A DNA stretch of 64,000 bases from a virus (Duplodnaviria; Caudoviricetes), in IMG/VR virus record IMGVR_UViG_3300015262_000004, positions 560 to 64,559 of that record; one strand, given 5' to 3'. Each line of letters starts with the position of its first letter. Within the stretch, counting starts at the first letter, position 1. The notes beneath the pieces were generated by a model, which saw nothing but the letters and a program-made list of their open reading frames with translations, searched no databases and had not been told where the DNA came from. Below are positions 8,539 to 16,806 of this stretch, one piece after another. The translations under genes were made by a program, and so were the position numbers.

Positions 8539-8611
8539 TTGGCCAGTCTCATCAGTATGCTGTGGCCATGCAACATAGACGCCGTCCCTACTGTAGGGAC
8601 GGCGTTTCGAC
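8539..8611 (-). ncRNA. type II hammerhead ribozyme with pseudoknot (HHR-A)
   Basis: Minus strand: GUC-GAAA-CGCCGUCCCUAC A GUAGGGACGGCG-UC / UAUGUUG CAUGGCCA CAGCAUA-CUGAUGA-GAC UGGCCA; predicted cut 8578/8577. Confidence 0.92.
8584..8600. repeat. 17-bp palindrome copy 4 (stem III of HHR-A)
   Basis: GTCCCTACTGTAGGGAC. Confidence 0.95.
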
Positions 8612-8621
8612 AGTGTGTTCC

Positions 8622-8912
8622 CTACCAGCGTGCCCACTCGGGCAGCTCGTTGTAGATGGACTGGGCAATGCGCTCGTAATTGAGCGCCGTGTCGATGCCC
8701 CCAGCCACTCGGCATGATCTGGCAGTCAAGGCGTTCCACGCGTAGTGCGCCAGATCCTTGGCCGCTTCCTTGGCTTGCTTGCCGTCCGAGTCGAACAGCT
8801 CCGTGGCGTGATTCCCGCCGCTGTGGCGGGTGGCAAAGGCGCGCAGCTCATCGTCGTTCATGGCGTCCAGATTCGGGATGCCATCGGGGTCAACCGGGTG
8901 AATCAGGTTCAT
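8622..8912 (-). CDS. hypothetical protein
   Basis: ATG 8912 after GGAGAG; ends YERIAQSIYNELPEWARW. Confidence 0.7.
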   Translation of the reverse strand: MNLIHPVDPDGIPNLDAMNDDELRAFATRHSGGNHATELFDSDGKQAKEAAKDLAHYAWNALTARSCRVAGGIDTALNYERIAQSIYNELPEWARW

Positions 8913-8932
8913 AGTTTCTCTCCACAAGGTGT

Positions 8933-8963
8933 GTAAGTTGCGTAACGTATGTAAGTTACGCAA
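8933..8963. repeat. short array of par-type 9-bp units
   Basis: gtaagttgc gtaacgtat gtaagttac gcaac; same unit as the parA-flanking arrays. Confidence 0.65.
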
Positions 8964-8971
8964 CGGGTGTA

Positions 8972-9244
8972 TTAAGGACGGCCGACCAACAAATTCCACA
9001 CCTCGATCTGGGCCAGGGTCGCCGCTGGCAGCTGCACAACGTGTTCGCCGGCCTGCGGTGGTGTGGCTTGGGGAAAAGCGCGGCGTTGGTCCATGTACAG
9101 GGAGAACACCGTTTCGATTGCGTCCACGGCTTCACTGATGGCGTGCGGCAGGTCATCGCCGTAGCTGTTCAACTCCGGCAGGTCGCGGCACATCACCGCG
9201 ACACCCACAGCGTCCTGTTCAAAGCGGACCGCAAAGGCGTACAT
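8972..9244 (-). CDS. HicB-like antitoxin domain, no C-terminal DNA-binding domain
   Basis: AVMCRDLPELNSYGDDLPHAISEAVDAI...FPQATP matches the HicB N-terminal pattern. Confidence 0.8.
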   Translation of the reverse strand: MYAFAVRFEQDAVGVAVMCRDLPELNSYGDDLPHAISEAVDAIETVFSLYMDQRRAFPQATPPQAGEHVVQLPAATLAQIEVWNLLVGRP

Positions 9245-9510
9245 CAGCTGCCCAGCAACTTGATGATCAGGGCCATGATCCCGCCAATGGCAGCGAACAT
9301 GCCCGCCGCTGCGGCCATCGGGTACCAGAAGGTTTCGCGGGTAAACTTCCCGGCCTCGGCTATCAGTTTCGCCGCCTCGGAATTCAGCTTGGCCGTTTCC
9401 GCTTTAAACTTCCCCGACTCCTCATTGAGCTTCGTGGTTTCGGCCATCAGTTTGGCGATCTCCGCGTGGATCTTTTCCAGCTCAGTCGTCGACAGTCCCG
9501 CACTTTCCAT
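9244..9510 (-). CDS. small coiled-coil membrane protein
   Basis: Heptad AETxKL repeats, then RETFWYP and one C-terminal hydrophobic helix. Confidence 0.7.
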   Translation of the reverse strand: MESAGLSTTELEKIHAEIAKLMAETTKLNEESGKFKAETAKLNSEAAKLIAEAGKFTRETFWYPMAAAAGMFAAIGGIMALIIKLLGS

Positions 9511-9530
9511 GGTCACTCTCCAGACGGTGC

Positions 9531-9547
9531 GTCCCTACTGTAGGGAC
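9531..9547. repeat. 17-bp palindrome copy 5
   Basis: Exact copy upstream of CTGGAGAG RBS. Confidence 0.95.
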
Positions 9548-9571
9548 AGGGTGGTATAGGTACAGCATACC

Positions 9572-9862
9572 TCAGCTGCAAAATTCCGACTCGGCACCCA
9601 CGGTGCGCTGTATCGCCCCGATCAGCATGCGGGTGCCGTTGTGGCGCTCCACGATGATCAGGTGTTCCAGCCAGTCGCGGATCCGGGCGTTGACGTGGAT
9701 GATCACCGCCTTGACGTCTTCACCACTGGCAAAGCGCAGCGCTCGCTGGTAGGTGGCCACGAAGTGCGCCACGTCGTCGGCTGGACACTCCGACATGTTG
9801 TCCACGTAGCGCAACGTGATGTCGCACATATTAGTGGCCCCGAACGGTTTGTTCTGATGCAT
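9572..9862 (-). CDS. hypothetical protein
   Basis: ATG after TTGGAGAG. Confidence 0.65.
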   Translation of the reverse strand: MHQNKPFGATNMCDITLRYVDNMSECPADDVAHFVATYQRALRFASGEDVKAVIIHVNARIRDWLEHLIIVERHNGTRMLIGAIQRTVGAESEFCS

Positions 9863-9882
9863 GGGTTTCTCTCCAAAGGGTG

Positions 9883-9899
9883 GTCCCTACTGTAGGGAC
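9883..9899. repeat. 17-bp palindrome copy 6
   Basis: Exact copy between promoter and RBS. Confidence 0.95.
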
Positions 9900-9936
9900 G
9901 GTGGTTCGCTTCACACATATCTCTATGTGTATAACT

Positions 9937-9965
9937 ACTATACACCTATAGGCGCAAGTGGTCAA
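9937..9965 (-). promoter_or_regulatory. sigma70-type promoter of the ribozyme-containing operon, with operator
   Basis: TTGACC-17-TATAGT; TGTATAACTACTATACA at 9928-9944. Confidence 0.75.
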
Positions 9966-9999
9966 TGCAGGCTATCGCTACAACGCGTTGTGGTAAGGG

Positions 10000-10254
10000 T
10001 TATTGCAGGCTGGTGGTCTTGGCGTGCAGGCGCACCATCCAGCGTTCGCGGTACAGGTCCATGCTCTTGGCCATGCGGCCCAAGGCCCTAGCCACTGCGA
10101 GCGGTACGTGCTCGGAATGGTCGCCGGGGATGGCTGCCAGCAGCACCTCGATGTGGATCGATCTCGGGATACAGACATCCGGCAGCGCGTCGGCTTCCAG
10201 CAGTCCGTTCAATTCGTCCAGGGCGTCCAGCAGGGTCTTGAATTCTGGGGTCAT
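10000..10254 (-). CDS. hypothetical protein
   Basis: MTPEFKTLLDALDEL... Confidence 0.5.
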   Translation of the reverse strand: MTPEFKTLLDALDELNGLLEADALPDVCIPRSIHIEVLLAAIPGDHSEHVPLAVARALGRMAKSMDLYRERWMVRLHAKTTSLQ

Positions 10255-10319
10255 TCGGCAGCGTCCAACACGTTGTGGGAGGGAACGCCGCTGGCCCCGA
10301 TACTCTGGGGCTTCGCGGC

Positions 10320-10763
10320 TTACACTTTCGACCAGCCTGCGTCTGGTACAACCTCGGCCGCTGGCCGGGATCGTGGATACCAAGACAGCCTGAGACGCTC
10401 TACTGCGTCACGTACCTGGCCGTGGAACTGGGGCGGGATGTCGCGCAGCACCAACGTATGGTCGGGGTTGTGGAGGTACCACGCCGCGCCCAACATGCCG
10501 AACCGCTCCATTACTGCCTGACACGCACCACGCACCATCGCTTGCGTTTCACCGCAGGCAACAGCGGCCAGTTTGTACGACATCTTATCCACCAGCACCA
10601 TGCGTGCGGCTCGCTGGGTACGTGGTCGCACCGCAGGCTTGATCCCGGACATCAGGTTCACCCATTGCGATTGCGAGAACGTGCGTACTTCGCGACCCGG
10701 CACGAACGGCTCAAAGTCGTACGGCAGCGCTGGCGGATTGATCGGCGTCGTCTTCTGGCTCAT
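10320..10763 (-). CDS. TrfB/KorA-like HTH DNA-binding protein
   Basis: AARMVLVDKMSYKLAAVACGETQAMVRGA; AGGAG RBS. Confidence 0.6.
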   Translation of the reverse strand: MSQKTTPINPPALPYDFEPFVPGREVRTFSQSQWVNLMSGIKPAVRPRTQRAARMVLVDKMSYKLAAVACGETQAMVRGACQAVMERFGMLGAAWYLHNPDHTLVLRDIPPQFHGQVRDAVERLRLSWYPRSRPAAEVVPDAGWSKV

Positions 10764-10781
10764 GGCAATTAACTCCTATTG

Positions 10782-11306
10782 TTACGGGATCAAAACACGA
10801 CCTTGTGCGTCGTACATCTCCCCGGTGCCGCTGATATAGACCCGGTCCGCTGGTGGCGGTGGCCGGCCTATGTACTCTTGTCCAACCTGCACAGCCTGTG
10901 CCGGTTGTTGCTGGTGGTGCTGTGGTTGTAGTGCTGGTTGGTGGTTCGGCTGGCGTACCGCTGCCAGTGGTTGCTGCGTCCCTACAGTAGGGACACCACG
11001 GCGTGCCAGCTCAACGGCGGCCGCGTCCTGCACTTCCCAGATTCCCAGCTGGCGAGTGATCAAGCCGTGCAATGTCGCCGAGTGGTGACGTGGACAGGTA
11101 ACCGTCCAAGTATCCATGAGGGCATCTGTGTCGTGCTTGTGTGCCTGTGTCTTGAGCGCTTTGTAAACACCGGACCGACTAGCACCCGTCTTGCGCACTG
11201 CGTCGGTGATGGTGTAACCCTCTACAAGGTGCAGTTTTAGCGCCTGATAGATGTCGCTCGACCGCTGGCTATACGCAGCATTGAACTGTTCGAGGGTCAA
11301 TAGCAT
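10782..11306 (-). CDS. TrfB/KorA-like HTH DNA-binding protein with Q/P-rich tail
   Basis: LTLEQF...ALKLHLVEGYTITDAVRKTGASRSGVYKAL; GGAGG RBS. Confidence 0.65.
   Translation of the reverse strand: MLLTLEQFNAAYSQRSSDIYQALKLHLVEGYTITDAVRKTGASRSGVYKALKTQAHKHDTDALMDTWTVTCPRHHSATLHGLITRQLGIWEVQDAAAVELARRGVPTVGTQQPLAAVRQPNHQPALQPQHHQQQPAQAVQVGQEYIGRPPPPADRVYISGTGEMYDAQGRVLIP
10978..10994. repeat. 17-bp palindrome copy 7 (intragenic, read as VPTVGT)
   Basis: GTCCCTACAGTAGGGAC. Confidence 0.9.
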
Positions 11307-11498
11307 GGGTGAAACCTCCAAGGTTGTCGCGCGGGCATCATAAAGCCCGTTGCCAGTATAAGGCCGCTATGGTACGTCGTCCAATAGTGGACACAGTTGG
11401 ATCCAAGGGAGACATATTGCTTATCTGGCGCCAGTTTCCTAGCGCTAAACCACCTAGGCGCTAGGTTAGTGGGTGCTAATCGGCAACAGTTCCCGGCG

Positions 11499-11515
11499 AT
11501 CCCTACTGTAGGGAC
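11499..11515. repeat. 17-bp palindrome copy 8
   Basis: ATCCCTACTGTAGGGAC. Confidence 0.9.
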
Positions 11516-11759
11516 GCAGAACGCGCACTAAGATTTAGTGCGACACGGCGAACGCTAGGTTAGTGGTTAATTGTGACGCTTAACCCACTCGGGGAGACGT
11601 AAGCGAGCGCTTAACCGGTAGACATCAGTAGACAGTCTGCGCCTTACGCGGTGGACGTGTCTACTCCGTGTGTCAAGTGTACGCGTCTACTGTTTAGCGC
11701 TCTGGCTAGGCTGCGGGGTAAAGTGGGGTAATTTGTCCACTGTGCAAGGCCTTAAAGGT

Positions 11760-12062
11760 GCACAGATGTAAGGTGCTAGGCGGCGATATGTAAAGAGTGC
11801 GGCAACCTCTTACATCGGTTCTAGGCAATGAATACAGGGCTAAATGTAACGATGTAATAAATGTAAGAGTTGCCGAGGGTAGACGTATTAGGGAACGGGT
11901 TGGCTAGGGGGACTAAGCAGCTTAGCGGGCGCCGTTGCTTCGTGGCTGTGCACCGTTAAGCCTTATGTGTCTACTCTTTAAGGTTACATTTATTACATTT
12001 TAACATCTGGCCCCGTGTTTGCTGGGTGAAAGTCCATGTAAAGGCCTAATTGGCTTTACATA
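11760..12062. repeat. cluster of ATGTAA/TTACAT repeats, candidate lytic origin or packaging site
   Basis: About 10 copies; perfect 15-bp inverted pair at 11852-11866 and 11984-11998; lower GC, no ORF. Confidence 0.5.
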
Positions 12063-12159
12063 ATAGTGGCTTAACCCCCGGCCACGCTGGGCCAAACGTT
12101 ACAATGTCCACTTGTCCACCACGTACAGGGCTGCGCCGGGCCTAGTGGCGACGTTCGGT

Positions 12160-12176
12160 GTCCCTACTGTAGGGAT
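12160..12176. repeat. 17-bp palindrome copy 9
   Basis: GTCCCTACTGTAGGGAT. Confidence 0.9.
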
Positions 12177-12404
12177 CTTGGCCACTGGGCAACGCTGCAA
12201 CGCGTTGGGGCGACGTCGCGCCGTAGTGTGTGGGTCCGCACTGGGCAACGTGTTGATGTCGTCCCTAGGCCACGCAGAGCCCCGGCAACGCGTCGCTGCT
12301 GCGTCACCCTGTGCCGTCGTGGGTTCACCCCTGTGCAACGCGTTGCCCGCGCCCCAAGCCTGCGCAGCCACTAGGCAACGCGTTGCAGCGCGCTAGGCCC
12401 GCAG

Positions 12405-12435
12405 GAACGAAGAAGCCCGGCACTAGGCCGGGCTT
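12405..12435 (-). terminator. intrinsic terminator
   Basis: AAGCCCGGC-5-GCCGGGCTT followed by CUUCGUU on minus strand. Confidence 0.7.
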
Positions 12436-12453
12436 GGTACTCCGTGCAACGTG

Positions 12454-13122
12454 TTAGGCAGCGTCGGACTCTGGCACGTCGTCACCCAGCTCGGTTACCT
12501 CCTCGACTTCGTCGGCCAACGCGTTGGACAGTTCTTCGATCATGTCGGCCATGTTCGCGATGATCAGCAACACGTCGTCGGTGTGGTCGCCAGCCCGCAA
12601 CAGATTGAGGCTGGTTTGCATGGCAGCCAAAGCGCTGGCCACCGGGTCCGGTGCTACGTGCTCGCTCTGTGCACCGTCGCCGAGGTCGTCGCCACCTTCG
12701 CCACCGTCGTTGGCCGGGGCCACTGGCAACTTAGGCGCTTGTTCCACGCGGTTGGCTTTGCGGCACTCCGTGGCAGCGTGTTGCAGGTTCTTTGGCAGCG
12801 TGGCCGGCAAGGTCACAGCCTTGAAAATGGCCATGGCATCGGCCACCCGGTTCTTGACGGACTTGGCCGACTTGGCCTCTTCGAACGTGCAACCCTGCAA
12901 CGTGCTGTACGCAGTAGCAAAGGCATCTTGCACGGCTTCACGAGCCGTGTCGGGCTCGACTATGCCGCGTGCTTTCAGCATGAGTTCCAGAACACGTTGG
13001 GACGCAGACATCAGGTCACTGGCGGCCTCGGTTACATCGGCACGCCATGCCAGCACGGAGAACTGGTTAAGTGCGCGGTCTGCAACACGTTGGGCTTTAG
13101 CTGCTTTGTTGGTGGTGGTCAT
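12454..13122 (-). CDS. hypothetical protein with acidic C-terminus, monocistronic
   Basis: 222 aa with its own promoter, leader and terminator. Confidence 0.75.
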   Translation of the reverse strand: MTTTNKAAKAQRVADRALNQFSVLAWRADVTEAASDLMSASQRVLELMLKARGIVEPDTAREAVQDAFATAYSTLQGCTFEEAKSAKSVKNRVADAMAIFKAVTLPATLPKNLQHAATECRKANRVEQAPKLPVAPANDGGEGGDDLGDGAQSEHVAPDPVASALAAMQTSLNLLRAGDHTDDVLLIIANMADMIEELSNALADEVEEVTELGDDVPESDAA

Positions 13123-13201
13123 GGTCGTCTTCTCTCTACAAGGGGTTGGGCGAAGGTGCCCGGTTGGCCGTGGTGGCCGTCTGTCTCAATGACAGGACTC
13201 C

Positions 13202-13230
13202 AATGTATACCTTTGTGGTAGACGGTGCAG
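13202..13230 (-). promoter_or_regulatory. possible promoter
   Basis: CTGCAC-17-TACATT. Confidence 0.4.
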
Positions 13231-13246
13231 AGGACGTCCACCCGTT

Positions 13247-13263
13247 GTCCCTACCGTAGGGAC
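13247..13263. repeat. 17-bp palindrome copy 10
   Basis: GTCCCTACCGTAGGGAC, extends to 13244-13266. Confidence 0.9.
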
Positions 13264-13900
13264 AACCAAGCATTCTTTTCCGGTGCACAGAGGGGGCCAG
13301 GGGGCTGCGCCGGGCGCGCGCTGTTGCTTACCCCCGCTGCACATTTGGCGAAGCCCCGACGTAACTTGACACAAAATCCCCCGGTCGCTCCGTTAACCCC
13401 GCTCCCTGGCCTGCCCCGTAACACACTGTCTACTTGACACGGTAGACACAATTGCTTAGCACTCAAGTACCAGGTAACGCTCCACCAGCGTCCACCCGAA
13501 AAACTCCGTCAGAAAATTCCTACAATTTTTAACACCTGCCCTTGCCAGCCCCCTGGAACCTGCACTAACCTTTGCTCTGCCGCCTTCTCCCAAGATTACG
13601 CGAGCCCTCCGACCGTCACGGCTCGATCAGGTCACTCGGGTAAAACTGGGCGGAAGGTGGCACACAAGCCCACCAGTTTGTGTCGCCTCCAAGGCAAACC
13701 GCAGGGAAACAGTGTCGCTCCCCCGTCCGCTACTCCCACCCAGCGGACGGGGGATCTACATCAAACGTCCGCTAAATCCTGTCCCCCGCTCCCAAATGTC
13801 CGCCGTCGGCTACCATCAGCCGGACGGAACTGGCTACACTGTGTCCGCGTCATACCTGAATCGGCCTCCACTCGGTGGCCACGAATGGAGTGCGACCACC

Positions 13901-14419
13901 ATGGCTACCAAAAAATCTACCCCCCACGAATCCGCCGCGACAACCAGTGAATCCGCCGAAGTGCTGTCAAAGTCCGGTGCCGCACTGGAACAGCAAGCGT
14001 CGAGTTATGGTGAAACCCGTCCGACCCATGTCAACGGCAAGTACGTGGGTGACAAGCGCCTCAACGAGAAAACCGGTGAGTGGGAAGCCGACCCGGATGC
14101 TGTCGCAGCTGAGGGGGGTACGCGCCCCGAGGACATCTTTGACCGCATCGGCAACGCGTTTCCACATGAGGCTCAGCGCCTGGTGATCGAAGAGATCGCA
14201 CTGCGTGCCGGCATGACGGCCGAGTCGAGCCAGGATCTGCCAGACAACTACCCTACCGGCGGCAAGTCGACCGCTTCGTTGCGCTCCGACCTGACCCGCA
14301 GCGGCGGCGAAACCAGCGGCCCCGTGCCGGTACCACCGGGAGAAAACGGTGAGGCAGCGGACACCCCGGCGCCTGCGTCCACCGACGTCAATGGCGCACC
14401 GGCCCGCACCGGACTCTGA
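13901..14419 (+). CDS. hypothetical low-complexity protein
   Basis: ATG 13901 after GGAG; followed by terminator. Confidence 0.7.
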   Translation: MATKKSTPHESAATTSESAEVLSKSGAALEQQASSYGETRPTHVNGKYVGDKRLNEKTGEWEADPDAVAAEGGTRPEDIFDRIGNAFPHEAQRLVIEEIALRAGMTAESSQDLPDNYPTGGKSTASLRSDLTRSGGETSGPVPVPPGENGEAADTPAPASTDVNGAPARTGL

Positions 14420-14432
14420 TCGGTTGACCCTA

Positions 14433-14461
14433 GCCCCGACCCGCAAGGTCGGGGTTTCGTT
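14433..14461 (+). terminator. intrinsic terminator
   Basis: GCCCCGACC-CGCAA-GGTCGGGGT then TTCGTT. Confidence 0.7.
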
Positions 14462-14470
14462 GGAGGTGTT

Positions 14471-14659
14471 ATGGAGCCGCAACCACCAAGAATCGTCCGG
14501 TGCAACGGGGTGAACTACCGCGTGCTGGGGACCGCGAACCGCGCCCGGTCGGGCCGCAAAGCACCCCTGGTTGTGTACCAGGACATGGCCACCGGCTGGC
14601 TGTTCTACTGCACCCAGCAGGATTTCGACGAACACATGTTTCCAACGGGCGAGGTGTGA
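14471..14659 (+). CDS. small DUF1653-like protein
   Basis: YRVLGTA...LVVYQD...G.LF...F pattern; GGAGG RBS. Confidence 0.55.
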   Translation: MEPQPPRIVRCNGVNYRVLGTANRARSGRKAPLVVYQDMATGWLFYCTQQDFDEHMFPTGEV

Positions 14660-14660
14660 C

Positions 14661-14882
14661 ATGGGCAGGGGCATTGATTTGGCGCGGGAGTTGGGCAACC
14701 ACGAACATGCCGACGCGATCGACAACATGAAAGACCAGCTGCTGTTGGTGCTGATCAAGCGCCTGGGCAGCGACATCCGCATCCCCGCTGCTGAGATCGA
14801 CGCCACCGGCGGGTTGATCCTGGAGATGTCGATGGATCAGCTCACGCGTGAGTTTCACTTTGTGGTCAGCGGTAAGCACTGA
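14661..14882 (+). CDS. hypothetical protein
   Basis: ATG 14661 after GAGG. Confidence 0.6.
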   Translation: MGRGIDLARELGNHEHADAIDNMKDQLLLVLIKRLGSDIRIPAAEIDATGGLILEMSMDQLTREFHFVVSGKH

Positions 14883-15079
14883 TGACCCTGACGCTCGACA
14901 CGCTGCGGCCGCACCTCAAGAAAATGCTCCCGGTCGAGGCGCAGCAGCTGTACGTGGACGGGTACAACAAGGCGATCGCGGACGGGTACGAGGATGAGTG
15001 GGTCGAGGCGGCGGCGATGCAGGCCGTCATCGATCGGTACGAGCCCCCGCGCGGACCATGGGTAAAGAGACAAAGGTGA
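14882..15079 (+). CDS. ChaB-like protein
   Basis: LPVEAQQLYVDGYNKA...AAAMQAVIDRY...GPW matches the ChaB pattern. Confidence 0.65.
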   Translation: MTLTLDTLRPHLKKMLPVEAQQLYVDGYNKAIADGYEDEWVEAAAMQAVIDRYEPPRGPWVKRQR

Positions 15080-15118
15080 ACAGCGAGTGAACAATGTGTA
15101 CTTTGTCCGCCACCCGAG

Positions 15119-15147
15119 TTGACGTCCGTCTACTCTGCTGCGATAGT
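15119..15147 (+). promoter_or_regulatory. sigma70-type promoter of the tail-fibre operon
   Basis: TTGACG-17-GATAGT. Confidence 0.55.
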
Positions 15148-15178
15148 TCGGTGAACACGTCCGTCCCGGAGACGAACC

Positions 15179-15490
15179 ATGGACTTTACCGGACTCACCT
15201 ACCGCTTCCGCACCCAAGACACCAAAGCCAGCCGCGCTCGCAAACTGAATAAGTTGCTGGCCACCCCGCTGCCTGCGGCCGATTACTTCCGCGAAGTACC
15301 CCAAACCCCGATGCAGTGGCAGCTGATGTTGAACGCCGCCGTGCGCGACCTGGTGGCTGACGGGTACGCCTTCGATGGGCAACCGCTGCTTGATGGCGGA
15401 CCGCTGGTGTTCCGCACCCGGGACTCGGGGCCGGCGCGCACTCGCAAGCTCAACGTGTTGTCGGCCGTGATTGACGCGGGCAACGCCTAA
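15179..15490 (+). CDS. hypothetical protein with internal duplication
   Basis: FRTQDTKASRARKLNKL and FRTRDSGPARTRKLNVL. Confidence 0.65.
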   Translation: MDFTGLTYRFRTQDTKASRARKLNKLLATPLPAADYFREVPQTPMQWQLMLNAAVRDLVADGYAFDGQPLLDGGPLVFRTRDSGPARTRKLNVLSAVIDAGNA

Positions 15491-15504
15491 GTCCGAGGTG
15501 CCCT

Positions 15505-16281
15505 ATGCTCGGCGACGTTGATCCGCAACAGCTCAGAATCATTGCCTGGCGGCCGGTGGTCTACACCGGTCACGACAACCTCACGGCCGTGAAAATCACC
15601 CAGTTTGACGCGGAGCTGCGCCGTGACGTCCCCCTGAATTTCACCGCCCTGACCCGCCTGGTCCTGACGTTCCCCGAGGTAACCCCGCCGATCAGCTTCG
15701 ACAGTGCTGTGTTACCTGACAACACGTTGGACTGGCTGCAGGGCGACGGCGTGCTGGCGTTCAACCTGACGGAATACGACATCCCCGAGGGCACCTACAA
15801 CGCCGAGCTGGTGGCGTACGACGCCGAGCACGATCGCGGTCAAGTGATCGCCACGCTGCAGAGTCCGCGCCCCGGGTTGGCCCTCACCTTCGACCAGGTC
15901 AGCGGCGACGGCGCCCTGCCGCCTCCCGTCCCGGTCGGGGGCGGTCAGTCGGTACGGGTTGCCGGCGAAGTTATCTCGGCGCTGCGCGTGGTGTACGAGT
16001 CCGGCGATCGGGTGTTCAAGCTCGATCAGACCTCGAACAACGTCCAGGGCCTGCTGGGCATCAGTGTGACGGCCGCGCAAGAAGGCGGCTCGATCAAGAT
16101 CCAGCGGGACGGGACGATTGAAACCCCGGGTTGGACGTGGGCTGAGGGCCTGGTGTTCCTGGGCATGGACGGCCTGCTGACGCAGGTAGTACCCACAACG
16201 GGTTGGGAGGTTGTCGTGGGGTATGCCCCCTCGCCTACGCGCCTGAACCTGGACTTTGATGAGCCGGTTTTACTGGCGTAG
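15505..16281 (+). CDS. putative virion/fibre-associated protein
   Basis: Two-domain ORF; C-terminal AGEVISALRVVY...GLLT pattern. Confidence 0.65.
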   Translation: MLGDVDPQQLRIIAWRPVVYTGHDNLTAVKITQFDAELRRDVPLNFTALTRLVLTFPEVTPPISFDSAVLPDNTLDWLQGDGVLAFNLTEYDIPEGTYNAELVAYDAEHDRGQVIATLQSPRPGLALTFDQVSGDGALPPPVPVGGGQSVRVAGEVISALRVVYESGDRVFKLDQTSNNVQGLLGISVTAAQEGGSIKIQRDGTIETPGWTWAEGLVFLGMDGLLTQVVPTTGWEVVVGYAPSPTRLNLDFDEPVLLA

Positions 16282-16290
16282 GAGATGGTC

Positions 16291-16806
16291 ATGGTGGACA
16301 AAGTTTTACAACGGGTGGCCGGGAAATTACAACAGTACACTCCCGTGACAACTTCGGCCGGCGCCGCTGATTCGGGAAAGATCCCAGCACTTGGCCCTGA
16401 CGGCAAGTTCGATAGTTCGATGTATAACGCCGGTTCGGGGGTGCAAACGCAACCCGTTCTCGCTTCGGAGGCGATCGGCGCCGGGAAATTCGTCAACCTG
16501 TACGCGAACGCCGGGGTAATCAACTGCCGCCTGGCCGACAACTCGAACAGCCGGCCGGCCCACGGGTTCGTTTTAGCCGCGGTGGCCAGCGCTGCGGTCG
16601 CGGCCGTTCACGACCTGGACGCCATGAACACCGGGATGACGGGGCTGACGGTGGGTGCTGATTACTACCTGGGCACTGCAGGCGGTGTGATCACCCCTGC
16701 GCTGGATGCGACCACGGCTACCGCTGGGACGATCGATCAGAAGCTGGGGTACGCCAAGAGCGCGACCGAACTCGACACCGACGACTACGACTACGTGGTG
16801 CTGTAA
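16291..16806 (+). CDS. putative virion/fibre-associated protein
   Basis: Gly/Ala/Thr-rich; GKIPALGPDGKFD. Confidence 0.65.
   Translation: MVDKVLQRVAGKLQQYTPVTTSAGAADSGKIPALGPDGKFDSSMYNAGSGVQTQPVLASEAIGAGKFVNLYANAGVINCRLADNSNSRPAHGFVLAAVASAAVAAVHDLDAMNTGMTGLTVGADYYLGTAGGVITPALDATTATAGTIDQKLGYAKSATELDTDDYDYVVL

Noticed and set aside
1026-13263. CRISPR array made of the 17-bp palindromes
   Set aside because: Spacing is irregular (0.35-3 kb), whole genes lie between copies and there is no cas operon; the Cas4-like nuclease is the usual stand-alone phage type
13270-13900. tRNA genes in non-coding gaps
   Set aside because: No cloverleaf with T-loop GTTCRA and matching acceptor stem was found by eye
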